Source: Nitrosopumilaceae archaeon (lineage in GTDB: Archaea; Thermoproteota; Nitrososphaeria; Nitrososphaerales; Nitrosopumilaceae). From it: DNA of 64,000 nucleotides. Positions 61,792 through 64,000 of the stretch are shown here, one piece after another. The stretch spans positions 1,632,001-1,696,000 of the forward strand of contig OZ242274.1 in assembly GCA_965207375.1 (NCBI GenBank). The letters run 5' to 3'. Every line of letters begins with the position of its first letter. The first letter of the stretch is position 1. Below the pieces are notes generated by a model, which did not search any database, was not told where the DNA came from, and saw only the letters and a program-made list of their open reading frames with translations. The position numbers and the translations under genes are program-made.

Positions 61792-62310
61792 ATGTCTCAA
61801 GAAACACAAGTAATGAAAAAGATATTTTTGGAAAAAATAGTACTTAACATGGGATTAGGCAAGTCCGGAGACGTAATTGAGACCGGTAAAAAATGCCTCG
61901 AACAAATTACAGGTAAAAAACCAAATGCGCGCGAAGCCAAAGGGACACTACGAGACTGGGGAGTGCGAAAGGGAGAGCCAATAGGCGTTGCAGTAACAAT
62001 AAGAGGTCAGGATGCAGCAATACTACTCAAAAGACTCGTTGAGGCAAAGGGCGATACGCTAAACGGCAAAGTATTTGATAATTTTGGAAATTTTTCATTT
62101 GGAATAAAGGAACATATCGACATTGCAGGCGTAAAATATGATCCGCAGATTGGAATTTTGGGTTTGGAGGTAGCAGTTACGCTAGCACGGCCCGGATACA
62201 GCATAAGAAAGCGTAGTAAGCACAAGGCAAGAGTAGGTAAACATCATATAGTTACAAAAGATGATGCAAAGAATTACATGAAGACAGAGTTTGGAGTGAG
62301 TATAGTATAA
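61792..62310 (+). CDS. rpl5: 50S ribosomal protein L5 (uL5)
   Basis: GNFSFGIKEHID, YDPQIGI. Confidence 0.97.
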   Translation: MSQETQVMKKIFLEKIVLNMGLGKSGDVIETGKKCLEQITGKKPNAREAKGTLRDWGVRKGEPIGVAVTIRGQDAAILLKRLVEAKGDTLNGKVFDNFGNFSFGIKEHIDIAGVKYDPQIGILGLEVAVTLARPGYSIRKRSKHKARVGKHHIVTKDDAKNYMKTEFGVSIV

Positions 62311-62489
62311 TGGCAAAGGATAGATCATATGAAAAGACAGGAAGAAAAAAACACGACTTTGGACGCGGTTCTAGATGGTGTAAAAGATGTGGAGATTATA
62401 CGGCAGTTATTCAAAAATACGACCTCATGTTGTGTAGACGATGTTTCAGAGAGGTTGCAGTATCTTTGGGGTTTAGGAAAAATAGGTGA
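62310..62489 (+). CDS. rps14: 30S ribosomal protein S14 (uS14), Zn-binding type
   Basis: Hand translation MAKDRSY...WCKRCG...LCRRCFRE; missing from the ORF track. Confidence 0.95.
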   Translation: MAKDRSYEKTGRKKHDFGRGSRWCKRCGDYTAVIQKYDLMLCRRCFREVAVSLGFRKNR

Positions 62490-62492
62490 TAT

Positions 62493-62888
62493 ATGATGCC
62501 AGCAACTAATGTTTTAGCAAATTTGTTTGTAACACTGTACAATAATGAGGCAAGACGAAAAGGCCAGTGTACGGTTCTGCCAACATCAAAACTCGGAGTA
62601 GAGGTTTTAAAGACGTTGCAAAAGGACGGATATATCGGCGAATTTGAGCACGTAGAGGACAACAGAGGAGGCAAATTCAAGATAAAACTGCTTGCAAAAA
62701 TCAACAAGTGTGGTGCAATCTCGCCAAGATTCAAGGTAAAAAACAACGAATATCCGGCATGGGAACAACAGTATCTGCCCGCATATGACAGGGGAATGCT
62801 ACTAGTTACCACAAATCAAGGAGTCATGTCACATCATGAGGCTGCAAAAAAGGGAATTGGGGGACTGTTAATAGGATATGTCTACTAA
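62493..62888 (+). CDS. rps8: 30S ribosomal protein S8 (uS8)
   Basis: INKCGAISPRF, TTNQGVMSH. Confidence 0.97.
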   Translation: MMPATNVLANLFVTLYNNEARRKGQCTVLPTSKLGVEVLKTLQKDGYIGEFEHVEDNRGGKFKIKLLAKINKCGAISPRFKVKNNEYPAWEQQYLPAYDRGMLLVTTNQGVMSHHEAAKKGIGGLLIGYVY

Positions 62889-63435
62889 ACAGATAGAAAA
62901 ATTTCAAACACAGGTAGACATTCCAGACGGAGTAACTGTGGATTTTAAAAAACACATGCTAGAGGTTGCAGGACCCCTAGGCAAGACGTTTAAAAGCTTT
63001 AGAAAAATCCCAGTAAACATCAAAATAAGTGAAAAAACAATCGAGCTAAAGGCTACAGGATTAAGAAAGAGGGACTTTTCTATAATGAATACTGCAAGAT
63101 CAACTATAAGAAATCTCATCGAGGGAGTAGTTGAAGGATACACGATTAAAATGAAGGTGGTGTTTGCACACTTTCCAATTACGGTAAAGGCACAAAATGA
63201 CAAAGTCATTATTGAAAACTTTCAAGGTGAAAGGTCTGCAAGAGTTGCAAAAATCAGCGGCAAGACAAAGGTTACAGCAAAAGGCGATGACGTCATAATA
63301 ACAGGGCATGTAAAGACAGATGTTACGCAGACAGCAGCAAACATTGCCCTAAAAACTAGGGTAAAAGACAAGGATCACAGGGTTTTTCTAGACGGCATAT
63401 ACGTCCATATAGAATCAAAGGGCATTGAAAAATAA
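62878..63435 (+). CDS. rpl6: 50S ribosomal protein L6 (uL6)
   Basis: AHFPI, DHRVFLDGIY. Confidence 0.97.
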   Translation: MSTKQIEKFQTQVDIPDGVTVDFKKHMLEVAGPLGKTFKSFRKIPVNIKISEKTIELKATGLRKRDFSIMNTARSTIRNLIEGVVEGYTIKMKVVFAHFPITVKAQNDKVIIENFQGERSARVAKISGKTKVTAKGDDVIITGHVKTDVTQTAANIALKTRVKDKDHRVFLDGIYVHIESKGIEK

Positions 63436-63733
63436 TGAAGATTCAATGACACTAGACGCCGAATTCAAAGAACAGACAACAAAACTAATCGTTCAGACAC
63501 TGAATCTATACAAGAGTGCAGGTGCCTCTCCAAGAGTAAATGACGTGTGGGGTTGCAAAAATACTGGTGATTTTCTTTGCGGGTTTTTTGTTGGAGAAAT
63601 GGTAGGCTCGGCACTTAGTGCATTTCAGATTTTTCACAAAAGAGAGCCCACCGCAGATGAGCACATGGAGATAGTTGAAATTGTCGAGGTGCATTCCAAA
63701 GAGATTCAAGAGTTTTTTTCAAAATTCAACTAG
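63425..63733 (+). CDS. Hypothetical protein
   Basis: 102 aa ORF following rpl6. Confidence 0.65.
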   Translation: MKNNEDSMTLDAEFKEQTTKLIVQTLNLYKSAGASPRVNDVWGCKNTGDFLCGFFVGEMVGSALSAFQIFHKREPTADEHMEIVEIVEVHSKEIQEFFSKFN

Positions 63734-63787
63734 ATTCTGTAGGTTTTCGCAAGGGTTAAATCGCATTCTCTAAAACACAAAATCGGT

Positions 63788-63861
63788 GCCGCCCTAGCTC
63801 AGCACGGTAGAGCGTCGGACTGTTAATCCGTTGGTCGCCAGTTCAAGTCTGGTGGGCGGCG
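63788..63861 (+). tRNA. tRNA-Asn(GTT)
   Basis: GCCGCCC/GGGCGGC acceptor, G73, anticodon loop CTGTTAA, TTCAAGT T loop. Confidence 0.95.
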
Positions 63862-64000
63862 CCTTTTGAAATTATATAAGTGTCTGAAGCAATATGGAGA
63901 TTATGCCCATAGGTATTGTGACTACATATGTGGCAAGAATCAATAGTAAAGAAACTGCCACTGATCTTTTGATTCCAAATCCTGTAACGATTTTGATTGC

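Overview
Archaeal DNA, most likely a Nitrosopumilaceae (Thaumarchaeota) genome. This rests on the archaeal S10/spc r-protein cluster lacking rpl2, proteasome alpha, ESCRT-III/CdvB, type II GAPDH, bioDAB/F and HMG-CoA synthase. IS density and a repeat-rich surface protein suggest a host-associated, possibly sponge, lineage (inference). Core blocks alternate with accessory islands. Highlights: (1) a class II tRNA with a serine-type body but a Phe (GAA) anticodon at 45242-45325, next to a divergent hairpin whose loop is antisense to that tRNA's anticodon arm and variable arm; (2) a ureohydrolase + urease-gamma-like protein + Ni permease + Na:solute symporter + His-tailed chaperonin cluster with a shared upstream motif, split by a nested IS pile; (3) a DUF3800-like gene with a convergent structured ncRNA; (4) three paralogous small membrane-anchored proteins with a hypervariable patch beside a secreted protein and a 266-bp inverted repeat; (5) two nested IS piles with resolvable TIRs and TSDs, two MITE families and a type IV-like TA pair. 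Family calls are from motif recognition only; no searches were run.
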